A stretch of 44,553 nt of DNA, taken from positions 1 through 44,553 of the forward strand of contig DGNZ01000424.1 of NCBI GenBank assembly GCA_002389175.1, written 5' to 3'. This DNA comes from Rhodospirillaceae bacterium UBA4479 (GTDB taxonomy: Bacteria > Pseudomonadota > Alphaproteobacteria > Rhodospirillales > Casp-alpha2). Position 1 is the first letter of the stretch; each line of letters opens with the position of its first letter. A program made the translations under genes and the position numbers. Below the pieces are notes generated by a model. The model saw only the letters and a program-made list of their open reading frames with translations, was not told the DNA's origin and did no database searches. Positions 16,367 to 26,618 of the stretch are shown piece after piece.

Positions 16367-17757
16367 GATTTAGCCAGGAACGAAACAACCTCATCCAGAT
16401 CATCAAAATCTTCAAGCGACATCAACGCATCAAACGCTTGTGCAGCGGCATCGCTTGAAATCGCAAGGCCTGCGCAATCCATGAACTTTTCCCGAAGCTC
16501 GTCACGGGACATCGCATTGTCTCCACTGCGACCGACCATGTCATGAACGTCACGCGCTAACCGAGTGCCATCATCCAATGTGACAGATACGCAAGCATCC
16601 CATTGCCCCGTTGGCCCGGGTCCATCATCCGGCAACGGATGAGCCGTCGTAATATCCAATAAGCGGCGAATATCGGATTCCAAGAATGCCTCGCCCTCGA
16701 AATCTTTGAGCAGCAACGCGCGGTCCTTCAACGCCCGTGCAACGGTGTATTGAACGCTGAACTTGGCCTGAAGCACGCTTTCAGGGAATGGATTATTGGT
16801 ATGGCGGAGCCTGCGTTCATGCAGCCCGATATCGATTGCGGTAACACGGCCATGGTCAATATCTTCACCCTTGGCCAAATCGAGCATCGCAAAGATTGCC
16901 TGCTGCATACTGCCACAGCACGCGAACTGTTTTAGGCTCAGGACGGGTAATTCAATATCCAGCGGATCAGACCAATCTTCGATGAGCGGCGTCGGGTCGA
17001 ACAAGCCTTCGCCGTTGAACACGTTCAAAAATCCCTGGTGGTGTTCCATCGCGGATGGATTGGCTTCAAACCCACCCTCGGCCAGATAACATGCCATCAG
17101 ACCGCTCCGCGCCGAATGTCCGACATGAAGCGGCTTGGTCATCGTACCGAAATTAGCCTTAAGCCCGCTCGCCATCGATGTCGCGATGGCCATGGCAATC
17201 GTGGTTTTCTCAATGTCTAATTTCATCGCATAGGCGCACGCAGCGACTGTACCAAAAATGCCCAACGTCGCCGTTGGGTGCCAGCCTTTGTCATAGTGAT
17301 GGGGATGGACGGCACGTGCGAAGCGATGCTCAACCTCTATGCCAACAACATACGCATCAATGATCTGCCGCCCGGTCAAACCGCGCTCGTCCGCCAAGGC
17401 GAACAGTGGGGCCATCAACGGCACCGACTGATGCCCGCCCATGATTGAGCTGAAGTCGTCAAAATCCAATGCATGGGACGCCGTGCCGTTGATCAAGGTC
17501 GCATCCAACGCGCTTGTCCGCTGTGATGTGCCAAAGACCAACGCGGGCCCGATGGCATCGCCAACACCCGGTGTTTTACGAAGGATCTGCACACACGATT
17601 CAGGCAATCCAGCCAGCGTGACACCGATGGTATCGACAATCCCAACCTTTGCGGCATGCAAGCCATGGTCGGAAATTCGCGTCGGATCGAACCCGCAAAT
17701 ATGCTGCGCCAATGACCCCAGAATACTTTTGCTGTCCGCAGCGGTCAGTCCGTCCAT
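16363..17757 (-). CDS. MmgE/PrpD family protein
   Basis: NGTASHALDFDD, GWHPT and FGTMTKPLHVG. Confidence 0.92.
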   Translation of the reverse strand: MDGLTAADSKSILGSLAQHICGFDPTRISDHGLHAAKVGIVDTIGVTLAGLPESCVQILRKTPGVGDAIGPALVFGTSQRTSALDATLINGTASHALDFDDFSSIMGGHQSVPLMAPLFALADERGLTGRQIIDAYVVGIEVEHRFARAVHPHHYDKGWHPTATLGIFGTVAACAYAMKLDIEKTTIAMAIATSMASGLKANFGTMTKPLHVGHSARSGLMACYLAEGGFEANPSAMEHHQGFLNVFNGEGLFDPTPLIEDWSDPLDIELPVLSLKQFACCGSMQQAIFAMLDLAKGEDIDHGRVTAIDIGLHERRLRHTNNPFPESVLQAKFSVQYTVARALKDRALLLKDFEGEAFLESDIRRLLDITTAHPLPDDGPGPTGQWDACVSVTLDDGTRLARDVHDMVGRSGDNAMSRDELREKFMDCAGLAISSDAAAQAFDALMSLEDFDDLDEVVSFLAKS

Positions 17758-17821
17758 ATGCCATCCCCTTTTATTATATGTGTAAGTCTAGGACAGAAAC
17801 CGGGGCGCATAAAACCATGAA

Positions 17822-17848
17822 GCAATCCGATTGAACCCCAGGCCCGTA
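17822..17848 (+). promoter_or_regulatory. RpoE(ChrR)-like ECF promoter GCAATCC-N16-CGTA
   Basis: The same motif and spacing occur upstream of the photolyase gene. It resembles the TGATCC...CGTA consensus of photo-oxidative-stress RpoE. Confidence 0.6.
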
Positions 17849-17858
17849 TCAAACAGAT

Positions 17859-18011
17859 ATGAAGATGCGCCAAAAACAGGATCTGCCCACCAAAACGTGC
17901 CCCGTCTGCAACCGTCCCTTTACGTGGCGCAAAAAGTGGGCGCGTGATTGGGATAACGTTCGGTTTTGCTCGGATCGTTGCCGGGGTGATGCAAAGCGCA
18001 CCGCTAAGTAA
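17859..18011 (+). CDS. DUF2256 family small Cys-rich protein (50 aa)
   Basis: Below the ORF-track cutoff: [42 protein letters not shown]. Confidence 0.9.
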   Translation: MKMRQKQDLPTKTCPVCNRPFTWRKKWARDWDNVRFCSDRCRGDAKRTAK

Positions 18012-19533
18012 GGGTTTTTAGGCACGTCTTCGCACTATCCAAATAAGCGTTCTGTTTATCCGCATCCATCCGGTCCCAGTTCCGATAAATCTGCCCCAAT
18101 CGCGCATTGTCTTTGAGCTTATCACGATTGCGGATCAGGAAATCCCAATACAGTGGATTGAACGGGCAGGCATCGTCGCCTGTTTTCTGCTTCACGTCGT
18201 AACGGCATCCTTTGCAGTAATCCGACATTTTGTTGATGTAGTTACCGCTGGACGCATAGGGCTTGGAGCCCAGCAGCCCGCCATCGGCAAACTGGCTCAT
18301 CCCCAACGTGTTCGGCAGTTCCACCCACTCATAGGCGTCGGCGTAAACTGCCAGATACCATTCGTGCACGTGTTTGGGATCAATCCCTGCAATCAATGCG
18401 AAGTTACCTGTGATCATCAATCGCTGGATATGATGGGCGTAGGCTTCTTCTTTGGTTTGGGTCACTGCCGCACGGATACATGCCATATCCGTATCCGCTG
18501 ACCAATAAAATGCCGGCAAAGGCCGATCAGCCTCAAAGAAATTCTGATCAACATAATCCGGCATCTTCAGCCAATAGATACCGCGCACATATTCACGCCA
18601 CCCGATGATCTGGCGGATGAAACCCTCGGCAGCATTCAATGGCACGCGGCCCGCTGCGTATTCATCCGCGACCCTCTGACAGATTTTGAGCGGATCAAGC
18701 AATCCTGCATTCATATAATGCGAGATCACCGCGTGATACAGAAACCGCTCGTCGGTCACCATGGCGTCCTGGAAGTCGCCAAACGTCGCCAGCGAATTTT
18801 CAACAAACGCATCAAACGCAGCCTCGGCATGGTCAGATGTGACACCGAACCAGAACGGTTCCAAATCGCCAAAGTGATTGGAGAATTTTTCACCCACCAA
18901 TGCCAGCACGTCCTGGGTAATGTCATCTGGCTCAACCCGCAACGGTTCAGGGAATGACATCCCCCCCTTGGGCGGTTTTCGGTTTTCGCTATCGTAGTTC
19001 CATTTGCCGCCTTCGGGTTCATCGTCGGCAGTCATCAGCAGGTCGGTTTTACGACGCATATCGCGATAGAAATACTCCATCCGAAGTTGCTTACGGCCGT
19101 CCGCCCATTTTTGAAATTCATCATGGGTTGCGATGAAACGGTGATCATCCACAACATCAACAGGCAGACCAAACGTATCTGACCAGCCATCGATCATCTG
19201 GCGGACCCGCCATTCGCCCGGTTCGGTCACAATCACGCGGTCAGGATCATGTCGTTTAATCGCACGCTCGACCTCGCCGGAAAAATTCCCCGCGTTGTCA
19301 TCGTCATCAAGTTTGACGTAGTCGACGGTCCAGCCATCGTCTTTGAGCGCACCAGCAAAATGCCGCATGGCTGAAAACAGAAATGCGATTTTCTTTTTAT
19401 GATGCGGAACGTATGTGGCTTCCTCGCTCACTTCGACCATCAACACAACGTCTGTTGATTTCGTGCCCGTCATCAATGGTGAAAGGGTGCGCGACAGTTG
19501 ATCGCCCAGGATCAGGATTAAAGATTTGGTCAT
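18004..19533 (-). CDS. phrB: FeS-cluster bacterial cryptochrome/(6-4) photolyase (FeS-BCP, PhrB/CryB type)
   Basis: [32 protein letters not shown] and HHIQRLM, with four FeS cysteines (MAC, YCKGC, ACPF). Confidence 0.93.
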   Translation of the reverse strand: MTKSLILILGDQLSRTLSPLMTGTKSTDVVLMVEVSEEATYVPHHKKKIAFLFSAMRHFAGALKDDGWTVDYVKLDDDDNAGNFSGEVERAIKRHDPDRVIVTEPGEWRVRQMIDGWSDTFGLPVDVVDDHRFIATHDEFQKWADGRKQLRMEYFYRDMRRKTDLLMTADDEPEGGKWNYDSENRKPPKGGMSFPEPLRVEPDDITQDVLALVGEKFSNHFGDLEPFWFGVTSDHAEAAFDAFVENSLATFGDFQDAMVTDERFLYHAVISHYMNAGLLDPLKICQRVADEYAAGRVPLNAAEGFIRQIIGWREYVRGIYWLKMPDYVDQNFFEADRPLPAFYWSADTDMACIRAAVTQTKEEAYAHHIQRLMITGNFALIAGIDPKHVHEWYLAVYADAYEWVELPNTLGMSQFADGGLLGSKPYASSGNYINKMSDYCKGCRYDVKQKTGDDACPFNPLYWDFLIRNRDKLKDNARLGQIYRNWDRMDADKQNAYLDSAKTCLKTLT

Positions 19534-19541
19534 AGCATTGG

Positions 19542-19568
19542 TACGCCGCAAAAGACGCATCGGATTGC
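19542..19568 (-). promoter_or_regulatory. RpoE(ChrR)-like ECF promoter GCAATCC-N16-CGTA
   Basis: Lies 8 nt upstream of the photolyase ATG and is the twin of the motif at 17822. Confidence 0.6.
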
Positions 19569-19590
19569 TTAATTCATCAAATGGCTTGGT

Positions 19591-20619
19591 TTACGTCCTG
19601 ACGGTTACAGCACCCCGTTCGCCCGTGTTCAATTGATTGGCAAATGCAGGATGCATCGGGCGAGGCGTGAACGAGTTGAGCCATAGCCGGAGCAGCAACC
19701 GCCGCTGATCGGGATCGTCATAATCCTCAAACGCGGTGCGCGAATGCAACGTGGTCCGATTATTCAAAATCTGGATATCACCCGGCTGGAAATTCATTTC
19801 CAAGCAGAAATCGGGATGCATGGACAATTCACGGAAATAATCGACGGCTTCTTGCTCAAGCGCACTTAACCCGCCATGCGCCTTGTTTGCACCTTGTTCA
19901 ATCTGTTCCTTGTTGAAGCGAGAACTAAGTTTGCCACCCCAATATGAAAATACAGGAATGCGATGGTGCGACAGTTCTTTCTCTGTCTGGCCTTTGCCAA
20001 TCAAATCCAGGTAAAAACCTTTATAAAGCGGTTCCAGCAAATCCGGGCGCGTATCCAGAAAACGGTTATATAATGCCGTCGAGCTCACAACCGCGCTGCC
20101 ACCACCCGATTTCGCGGCCCGCACGCACAACAACCCGACCAAGTCACAGCTGTCAGTATGCGGCGGAATTTCAACCGTTGTCGTATATTTGCGAATATTG
20201 AATTTATAAGGGTCTTCGCCTTCGAATTTGTTGCCATGGTCGGTCACATGGCCCACCAGGTCGCCCTTCGCATTTTGGAAGAACCCTTGGCCCAGATGTG
20301 CCCCGATGCCCCAGTAAATCGCCGTCAACTCATCCAGATCAAATCGATCAACGGGGATACCCCGCATCAATGTAAAGCCGCGACCGTTTTCCAACAGGTC
20401 ACGTTGTTCATCCAAAATGGGTCCCAGCGTCGGCAGCGTAAAATCGTCTTTGGTGAATTGTGTACCGCCCAATCCGCGAGATCGAACATGGCTCAACGCA
20501 TCGGAGAGTTCGCGGACATGCGCATCGGTGAAATGGAACGTCCATCCATCGCTGTCGCGATATTCGTTGGCCAACCAAACCGACGGCTCATCAACGTGTT
20601 CTTTGAGAATTTTTTCCAT
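19591..20619 (-). CDS. TauD/TfdA family Fe(II)/2-oxoglutarate dioxygenase
   Basis: H-T-D (PHTDSCD), LHSR and RLLLRLWL. Confidence 0.9.
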   Translation of the reverse strand: MEKILKEHVDEPSVWLANEYRDSDGWTFHFTDAHVRELSDALSHVRSRGLGGTQFTKDDFTLPTLGPILDEQRDLLENGRGFTLMRGIPVDRFDLDELTAIYWGIGAHLGQGFFQNAKGDLVGHVTDHGNKFEGEDPYKFNIRKYTTTVEIPPHTDSCDLVGLLCVRAAKSGGGSAVVSSTALYNRFLDTRPDLLEPLYKGFYLDLIGKGQTEKELSHHRIPVFSYWGGKLSSRFNKEQIEQGANKAHGGLSALEQEAVDYFRELSMHPDFCLEMNFQPGDIQILNNRTTLHSRTAFEDYDDPDQRRLLLRLWLNSFTPRPMHPAFANQLNTGERGAVTVRT

Positions 20620-20652
20620 GCTTTGATTTTAGGGTATCAAGGTGGGGTGTCG

Positions 20653-21786
20653 TCAAGTGGCGGTGCATGGCAATTGTGGAATAAAATCAATCGCAACACT
20701 AATCCGAGGTGCATCACCTGCTAACGGTAAGGTCCGGTGCCAGATATACGATGGGAACAAGATCATCATACCCACCTGTGGCTTAATCAATCGGATATCC
20801 AATTGGTCCGCGCCATAATATTCGACACGTGGGCGACCAAATTCGACCCAACCGTTCTGGCCATTATCTGGACCACCCACCTCATTGGGGACTGACACGT
20901 AATAAATACCGCTTAACCAAGCATCGGGATGATTGTGGCTTTCCTGATGCCCACCAGCGCCCAAAATATTCCCCCACATACATGTGGTGAACGCACAGGT
21001 TTTGAGTTTCGCAAGCGGATGATCATCATTACATGATAGGCGCGCGGCATACGATTGCGCTTCATTTACAAACATGGTGCGCAGACATTCCGTCGCGGTC
21101 CCAACACCCCCCGTCATCGCATCCGTCGATGCCCCCGCCACCGTTGTACGATGTAGCGGCGCATCACAGAGCGACGGACACCGTCTGATTTCTGATTCTA
21201 AGGTTTTTAGGAACCTTTCCCGGGTGCGCCCATTTTTGGGAACGGGTGGCGCACTGGCTGATACATACGTATCAAAATCCGAGAACGCGCGATACTTGTC
21301 ATATGCGTTGGAGTCCAAATACAGCGTGGCAAGCGCACTCAACGCATGGGTGTTTTCAGGCTCCAGCGCCAAACATTGCCCAAGGCATTCTTTGGCTCTC
21401 GCCATATCACCACAGGCGTGCAGCACCACCCCAAGATTGGCAAGAATATCAGGATCGTCAGCACGTAAAGTATTTGCACAATTAAGATTTGCGGATGCAC
21501 GCTTTAGATCGCCCGTTTCCAACGCGATGACACCCATATGATGATACACATCGGCATTTTCGGGGTCTAACTTTTGCGCAGCCTCTAAACACGCGCGGGC
21601 ACGTGCCGTCTGACCAAGTTTGAAAAACAACACGCCGCGATGAATGATTGCATCGACATAGAACGGATCATCGGAGGTGACTTTTCCAAATAGCACAAGT
21701 GCCTCAGCAGCGCGATGCTGTTGCATCAACGCAATACCCTGATCCACAAGACCGATATTATCCGAATGACCTGCAATATGATTCAA
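20653..21786 (-). CDS. TPR-repeat protein fused to a putative 2OG-Fe(II) oxygenase domain
   Basis: N-terminal TPR helices. C-terminal WGN...HNHPDAWLSGIYYV, FPSYIWH and RISVA. Confidence 0.85.
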   Translation of the reverse strand: MNHIAGHSDNIGLVDQGIALMQQHRAAEALVLFGKVTSDDPFYVDAIIHRGVLFFKLGQTARARACLEAAQKLDPENADVYHHMGVIALETGDLKRASANLNCANTLRADDPDILANLGVVLHACGDMARAKECLGQCLALEPENTHALSALATLYLDSNAYDKYRAFSDFDTYVSASAPPVPKNGRTRERFLKTLESEIRRCPSLCDAPLHRTTVAGASTDAMTGGVGTATECLRTMFVNEAQSYAARLSCNDDHPLAKLKTCAFTTCMWGNILGAGGHQESHNHPDAWLSGIYYVSVPNEVGGPDNGQNGWVEFGRPRVEYYGADQLDIRLIKPQVGMMILFPSYIWHRTLPLAGDAPRISVAIDFIPQLPCTAT

Positions 21787-21990
21787 AACTCTTTCCGCCT
21801 ATGTTGAGCAGTCAGGAGTTAGATCAAATATTACTAATACATATATATAGTAATATTTGCCCGTTACATATAAATAATAACATACGAAAGGGTCATATTA
21901 CTTGAATTTAGACATCAAATTGCTGTGTCTAATTTAGTATATTTGTGTATTCGAATATAAAAATTTGGAGCGATGCACTTTTCCCACAGG

Positions 21991-22470
21991 CTAATCGTCT
22001 TCGACAAACGACCAGATTTGGGCGTGGCCACCTTCTTCGTCGTCGCGGGGCACGATGCGGATTTGTTCTGAAATGCCTTCATCCGTTAAATCACGGCGGA
22101 TCGCCAAAAGCGTTCCCGCAGGATGATCGCATAAAGATTCCGCATGCATGATTTCACCTTTGGCAGCATCCATCGCCACCAACATATCGGGTGCGCCGTA
22201 TTCATTGAACAAATGAAGGGCCAACGAACGGGTCGTAGCCTCGACTTCAGAATCTGGCGCGACTGAAACTTGCACAAACGTCGAATAGCCAAACGAGTTG
22301 GTGCCCATCCAGCCAGACGTGAAGGACAATTGGTCCTTATTGTCCATATCTTCAAACGATGCATCGACAAATGAAAACGTACCTGTCACAGCCCATTCAC
22401 CGGGCTCAGCGGCATTGTGAAAGACCCGCCCATCAGACGGGTCCATTCTGATTGTTCTGGGGAGCTTCAT
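21991..22470 (-). CDS. DUF6505-like protein
   Basis: RTIRMDPSDGRVF..AAEPGEWAVTGTF and FGYSTFVQV. ATGA overlap with the upstream gene. Confidence 0.7.
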   Translation of the reverse strand: MKLPRTIRMDPSDGRVFHNAAEPGEWAVTGTFSFVDASFEDMDNKDQLSFTSGWMGTNSFGYSTFVQVSVAPDSEVEATTRSLALHLFNEYGAPDMLVAMDAAKGEIMHAESLCDHPAGTLLAIRRDLTDEGISEQIRIVPRDDEEGGHAQIWSFVEDD

Positions 22471-23534
22471 GCTGAGCGTGGCACATCCCAAAGGTGCGCA
22501 TACGCAAACAAACCCGGCGTGCCACCCGTATGGATATAAACCGTGGCGCCGTCTTGACCGATAGCGCCCTCGTTGAGCAGGCCCAAGAATCCATCAAAAG
22601 CTTTGCCGCTGTATACCGGGTCCAACAATAACGCTTCACGGCGCGCAGCTTTACTGATCGCTGCCATGGTCCCCGGCGTCGGCTTGCCATATCCTTCGCC
22701 GTAATAACCATCGTTGGTGATAACATCACCATCCGAAAGCAAGTCAGGATGACCCAACATGTCACATAGAATTTTTGAGCGCTTACTGACGCGGGCAAAC
22801 TGCTGATCCGACGGCCTGCGCACACAGATACCGTGCACCGTCGCGTCGGACCCATAAAGTCTGAGACCACACAAAATTCCGGCATGCGATGCCGCACTAC
22901 CACTCGGCACGACAACGGTGCGCAGCGGTAATCCTGCGGCGGCTGTTTGTTCGATGATTTCCCGGGCGCAATCAATGTATCCGAGCGCGCCAACGGGGGC
23001 ATGATCGACCCCCAAATGAACCACATAAGGCTTTTGACCTTTGGCTCGCAGGCCCTCGGCCAGCTTATCCAGATTGTCATCGGCGGCGTTTTCTTCTTCG
23101 CCCACAGGGAAGTGATGGATCGGCACGCCTAAAATGCGATCAAGCAGCGCATTGCCCTTTTTTTCTTGGCCTTCGGGCATGCCTTTGACGCGATCTTCTA
23201 GCTGTACTTCACATTTCAAACCTAGCTTTTGCGCCGCCGCCGCACAGGTCCGCACAAAGTTGGATTGTACAGCACCCGTGATCAGCACCGTATCGGCACC
23301 CTGGTCCAAGGCTTCGCCAAAATAGTATTCAAGCTGCCGCGCTTTGTTTCCCCCAAATGCGAGACCCGTCAGATCATCGCGCTTCACAAACAGGTTCTGT
23401 CCGCCTGTATCTGTCATGATCCCGTTTAAGGGATCCAGTGGGGTCGGTGCCTGAGACAGGATACTGCGCGGGAATCCAGCCATCACTGCATTGGCACGTT
23501 CAAAGGCAACTTTATCAATATGTATCATGTACAA
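22467..23534 (-). CDS. D-cysteine desulfhydrase / cysteate sulfo-lyase family PLP enzyme
   Basis: KRDDLTG..FGGNKAR, QSNF and HTGG. It has DPVYS rather than the DPVYE of true ACC deaminases. Confidence 0.88.
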   Translation of the reverse strand: MYMIHIDKVAFERANAVMAGFPRSILSQAPTPLDPLNGIMTDTGGQNLFVKRDDLTGLAFGGNKARQLEYYFGEALDQGADTVLITGAVQSNFVRTCAAAAQKLGLKCEVQLEDRVKGMPEGQEKKGNALLDRILGVPIHHFPVGEEENAADDNLDKLAEGLRAKGQKPYVVHLGVDHAPVGALGYIDCAREIIEQTAAAGLPLRTVVVPSGSAASHAGILCGLRLYGSDATVHGICVRRPSDQQFARVSKRSKILCDMLGHPDLLSDGDVITNDGYYGEGYGKPTPGTMAAISKAARREALLLDPVYSGKAFDGFLGLLNEGAIGQDGATVYIHTGGTPGLFAYAHLWDVPRSA

Positions 23535-23572
23535 GAGTTTACTGCAGAGGGCGAAAAGGTCATCTTGTTTTT

Positions 23573-24541
23573 ATGAAACGAATTATCGCGCCTTTATTTA
23601 GTACATCTTTATTGCTGGCTGCGCTGGTTGTTTTGTCAGCGTTCCCTGTTCGGGCTTTTGACGAAACGGTTTTGGATTCAGTGGTTCGGGTAAAGCCGGA
23701 TTGGCCAATTGCGGCGCGCGGGCGGGACGCCCAGGGCGCACCCCGAGATCCACAAGGGACCGGATTTGCCATTCTCCCCGGCGGTTATATTGTCACGAAC
23801 TTGCATGTGATCGGTGCGGCAAAAACTGTCGATATCTTGTTACAGGATGGTCGGCAGCTACCCGCCGAAATTGTGGGGCGGCACGCACCGACAGATATTG
23901 CATTGTTAAAAGTTACCGCCGATGTTTCACCGATAAACCATGCCGTTAATGTGTCTCTCGCTGATCCCGTCTGTGCCGTCGGCAATCAATTTGGCCTTGG
24001 CCTATCGGTTACTTGCGGTGTGGTTTCTGCCATCGGTCGGTCGGGTACAGGGTTCAATCCCATCGAAGATTTCGTGCAAACAGATGCAAGCATCAATCCG
24101 GGTGGCTCTGGCGGTCCATTGTTAGATCAGAACACTCAATTGGTCGGCATGGTGTCGGCGATTTTCACCAAACAAAGCGATGCAGACATCGGCGTGAATT
24201 TTGCTACATCAACGCGACTGCTGATGCGCGTGGTTACTGATTTACGTGATCATGGTCGTGTGCAGCGCGGCCAGGTCGGATTTCGGGCCGGACCGATCCC
24301 GCCCCCCCTTAATCAAAATATCACCGGCGCGATGGTATCTCGGGTCGATCCCGATGGCGCCGCATTCAAAGCCGGCTTGGATGCCGGGGACATCATCACA
24401 CATGTAAATGGGGATCAGATCACGCACCCAGGTGCCCTCGAAATGGCCATATTTATGACCGCACCCAAACAAATGATGACGTTGAAAACGTTACGGGGTG
24501 ATCAGGCCGCGACTGTTTCCTTGATGGTTTCTGGGCCTTAA
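23573..24541 (+). CDS. HtrA/DegS-like trypsin serine protease with a single PDZ domain
   Basis: Signal peptide, TNLHV, DIALLK, QTDASINPGGSGG and a C-terminal PDZ. Confidence 0.9.
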   Translation: MKRIIAPLFSTSLLLAALVVLSAFPVRAFDETVLDSVVRVKPDWPIAARGRDAQGAPRDPQGTGFAILPGGYIVTNLHVIGAAKTVDILLQDGRQLPAEIVGRHAPTDIALLKVTADVSPINHAVNVSLADPVCAVGNQFGLGLSVTCGVVSAIGRSGTGFNPIEDFVQTDASINPGGSGGPLLDQNTQLVGMVSAIFTKQSDADIGVNFATSTRLLMRVVTDLRDHGRVQRGQVGFRAGPIPPPLNQNITGAMVSRVDPDGAAFKAGLDAGDIITHVNGDQITHPGALEMAIFMTAPKQMMTLKTLRGDQAATVSLMVSGP

Positions 24542-24623
24542 AGGCCATTTCTCCTAAGAATTGATTTAAATCAATGTTCGCATAACAATGGAACCGCATG
24601 CTGCCGGTTACTTGGAGTGCTGA

Positions 24624-25370
24624 ATGACGCCTGGGACGACGACACCGATGCGCCTCCCCCCCTTGGATGGCATGGAGCCGACTCGCTTATCTGCAATGAA
24701 AGCGGCGGCTGCAAGCGTGCGCGATATCCAACATAACCTGGCTTTGTCAGGGTCGAATGTGGTCGCAGAAGTCCTTCGCGATGCACCCGATTTTTATGAA
24801 TGGGATCATTATCCTGCAGGTGATGTCTATGATCCGGTTAGCCATTCGCAGTTCTATTATCATGCGCACGCACCAGCAGACCAAGACAACGTTCGTGCCG
24901 ACGAACATGGGCATTTTCACACATTTATGCGCCCCCCTGGCTTTCCACCTGAAGTCGCTCAGCCGATTGATCCGGATGGCTTGCCTGCCATTTGCCCCAG
25001 CGACGGACTGACCCATCTGATTGCGATTTCGATTAACTTCTCGGGGGATCCCATCCGATTGTTCACGACCAACCGCTGGGTCACTGATGAAACATGGTAT
25101 CCGGCTGCAGACGTAAAACGCATCCTGCCCCATTTTAATGTCTCACACGATGGTCCCTGCAGCCAAACGAGTGCGTGGATATCGAATCTGTTGATGATGT
25201 ACGGGCCATTGATTGAATTGCTGATGGATGGACGTGATCACGCGGTGCAAGCGCAGGCCGCGAACCAACCGATCCAAAATGTCTGGTCTGATCAATCTTT
25301 GGAAGTCACATCCGTCGCAGATATTTCACTGCAAAAAGATATCGACGCAATTTTAGCGACAGTCCCTTAA
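24624..25370 (+). CDS. DUF6969-like His-rich hypothetical protein
   Basis: HYP.GDVYD, QFYYHAH, EHGHFHTF and LFTTNRWVTDE. Confidence 0.7.
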   Translation: MTPGTTTPMRLPPLDGMEPTRLSAMKAAAASVRDIQHNLALSGSNVVAEVLRDAPDFYEWDHYPAGDVYDPVSHSQFYYHAHAPADQDNVRADEHGHFHTFMRPPGFPPEVAQPIDPDGLPAICPSDGLTHLIAISINFSGDPIRLFTTNRWVTDETWYPAADVKRILPHFNVSHDGPCSQTSAWISNLLMMYGPLIELLMDGRDHAVQAQAANQPIQNVWSDQSLEVTSVADISLQKDIDAILATVP

Positions 25371-25376
25371 AGGCGA

Positions 25377-26591
25377 TCAATCGCTAAGCGCGACAGCCCC
25401 TTCGTCGACCAGCGCCCCAATTTCATCTTCGCCAAAACCATATTCACCCAGAACCTCGGCTGTATGCTGACCGAATAACGGCGCACCCGTCGCAACCTTG
25501 CCGGGTGTTTCCGATAGTTTGATCGGCAAGCCGAGGGTCTGCACATCGCCAAGTTTTTCATGATGTACGGTCGGGATCATGTCGCGTGCCTGGGCATGCG
25601 GATCATCGAACATCTCGCAAACGTCCATCACGGGTCCACCCGGCACGCCAGCTGCTTCCATGCGGTCCAACCATTCTGAGCGGGTCCGGGTCTTAAAGAT
25701 CGGTGTCAGTGTAACTTCGAGTTCTTTCAGATTGGCCATCCGATCTGCGTTGGTCTTAAAGCGCGGATCATCCGCCAGCTCGGGCGCTTCCATCGCATCC
25801 AGCAATCGTTCCCAATTGCGCTGATTGGCGGCACCGACCGTGAACCAACCGTCGCTGGCTTCGAATGCCTGATACGGACCATTCAACGGATGTGCTGATC
25901 CCATGGGGCCGGGGGCTACGCCTGTTGCGAGCGCAATCGCGCTCTGCCAGTACGTGTGAATGATACCCGCCTCAAATAACGACGTATCGACGATCTGGCC
26001 TTCGCCAGTTTTAAGTTTATGTATGTATGCAGAAAGCACGCCCATCGCCGCCAGGATACCAGCCGTAATATCGGTAACGGGTGCGCCAACTTTGCACGGT
26101 GGGCGACCTGGGCCTTCGCCAGTGAACGACATCAACCCACTCATACCTTGGGCGATGAGGTCGAACCCTCCGCGATCCGCATAAGGGCCTGTGCGCCCAA
26201 AACCTGAAATCGCACAGTAGATGAGACCTGGGTTTACTTGCTTGAGGGACTCATACCCGAAACCGAGTTTTTCCATGGTGTCATGTCGATAGTTTTCAGT
26301 GACGGCGTCAGCGTCTTTAAGCAATGTCTTGAGGACACGTTTGCCGCCCTCTGTTTTTAGGTTGAGCGCAATACCCCGCTTGTTGCGGTTCATCATCAAA
26401 TACGCGGCGGATTCACCGTCCATATCTGGTGGTAAAAAACGCCGCGAATCGTCACCACCAGGAATTTTTTCAACCTTGATCACATCGGCACCCAAATCGG
26501 CCAACATCAATCCGCAGACAGGGCCCGCCATGATGTGGGCCAGCTCGACGACTTTCATACCAGCTAAGGGTCCGAATTTTTCTTGTGTCAC
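25377..26591 (-). CDS. Family III CoA-transferase (CaiB/BaiF)
   Basis: LADLGADVIKVE, NRNKRG, ISGFGRTGP and a catalytic Asp in VTDITAG. Confidence 0.93.
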   Translation of the reverse strand: MTQEKFGPLAGMKVVELAHIMAGPVCGLMLADLGADVIKVEKIPGGDDSRRFLPPDMDGESAAYLMMNRNKRGIALNLKTEGGKRVLKTLLKDADAVTENYRHDTMEKLGFGYESLKQVNPGLIYCAISGFGRTGPYADRGGFDLIAQGMSGLMSFTGEGPGRPPCKVGAPVTDITAGILAAMGVLSAYIHKLKTGEGQIVDTSLFEAGIIHTYWQSAIALATGVAPGPMGSAHPLNGPYQAFEASDGWFTVGAANQRNWERLLDAMEAPELADDPRFKTNADRMANLKELEVTLTPIFKTRTRSEWLDRMEAAGVPGGPVMDVCEMFDDPHAQARDMIPTVHHEKLGDVQTLGLPIKLSETPGKVATGAPLFGQHTAEVLGEYGFGEDEIGALVDEGAVALSD

Positions 26592-26618
26592 GATATGTCT
26601 CCCAAGGATGCTTGCGCG

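Noticed and set aside
22467-23534. ACC deaminase (acdS)
   Set aside because: It has DPVYS rather than the diagnostic DPVYE.
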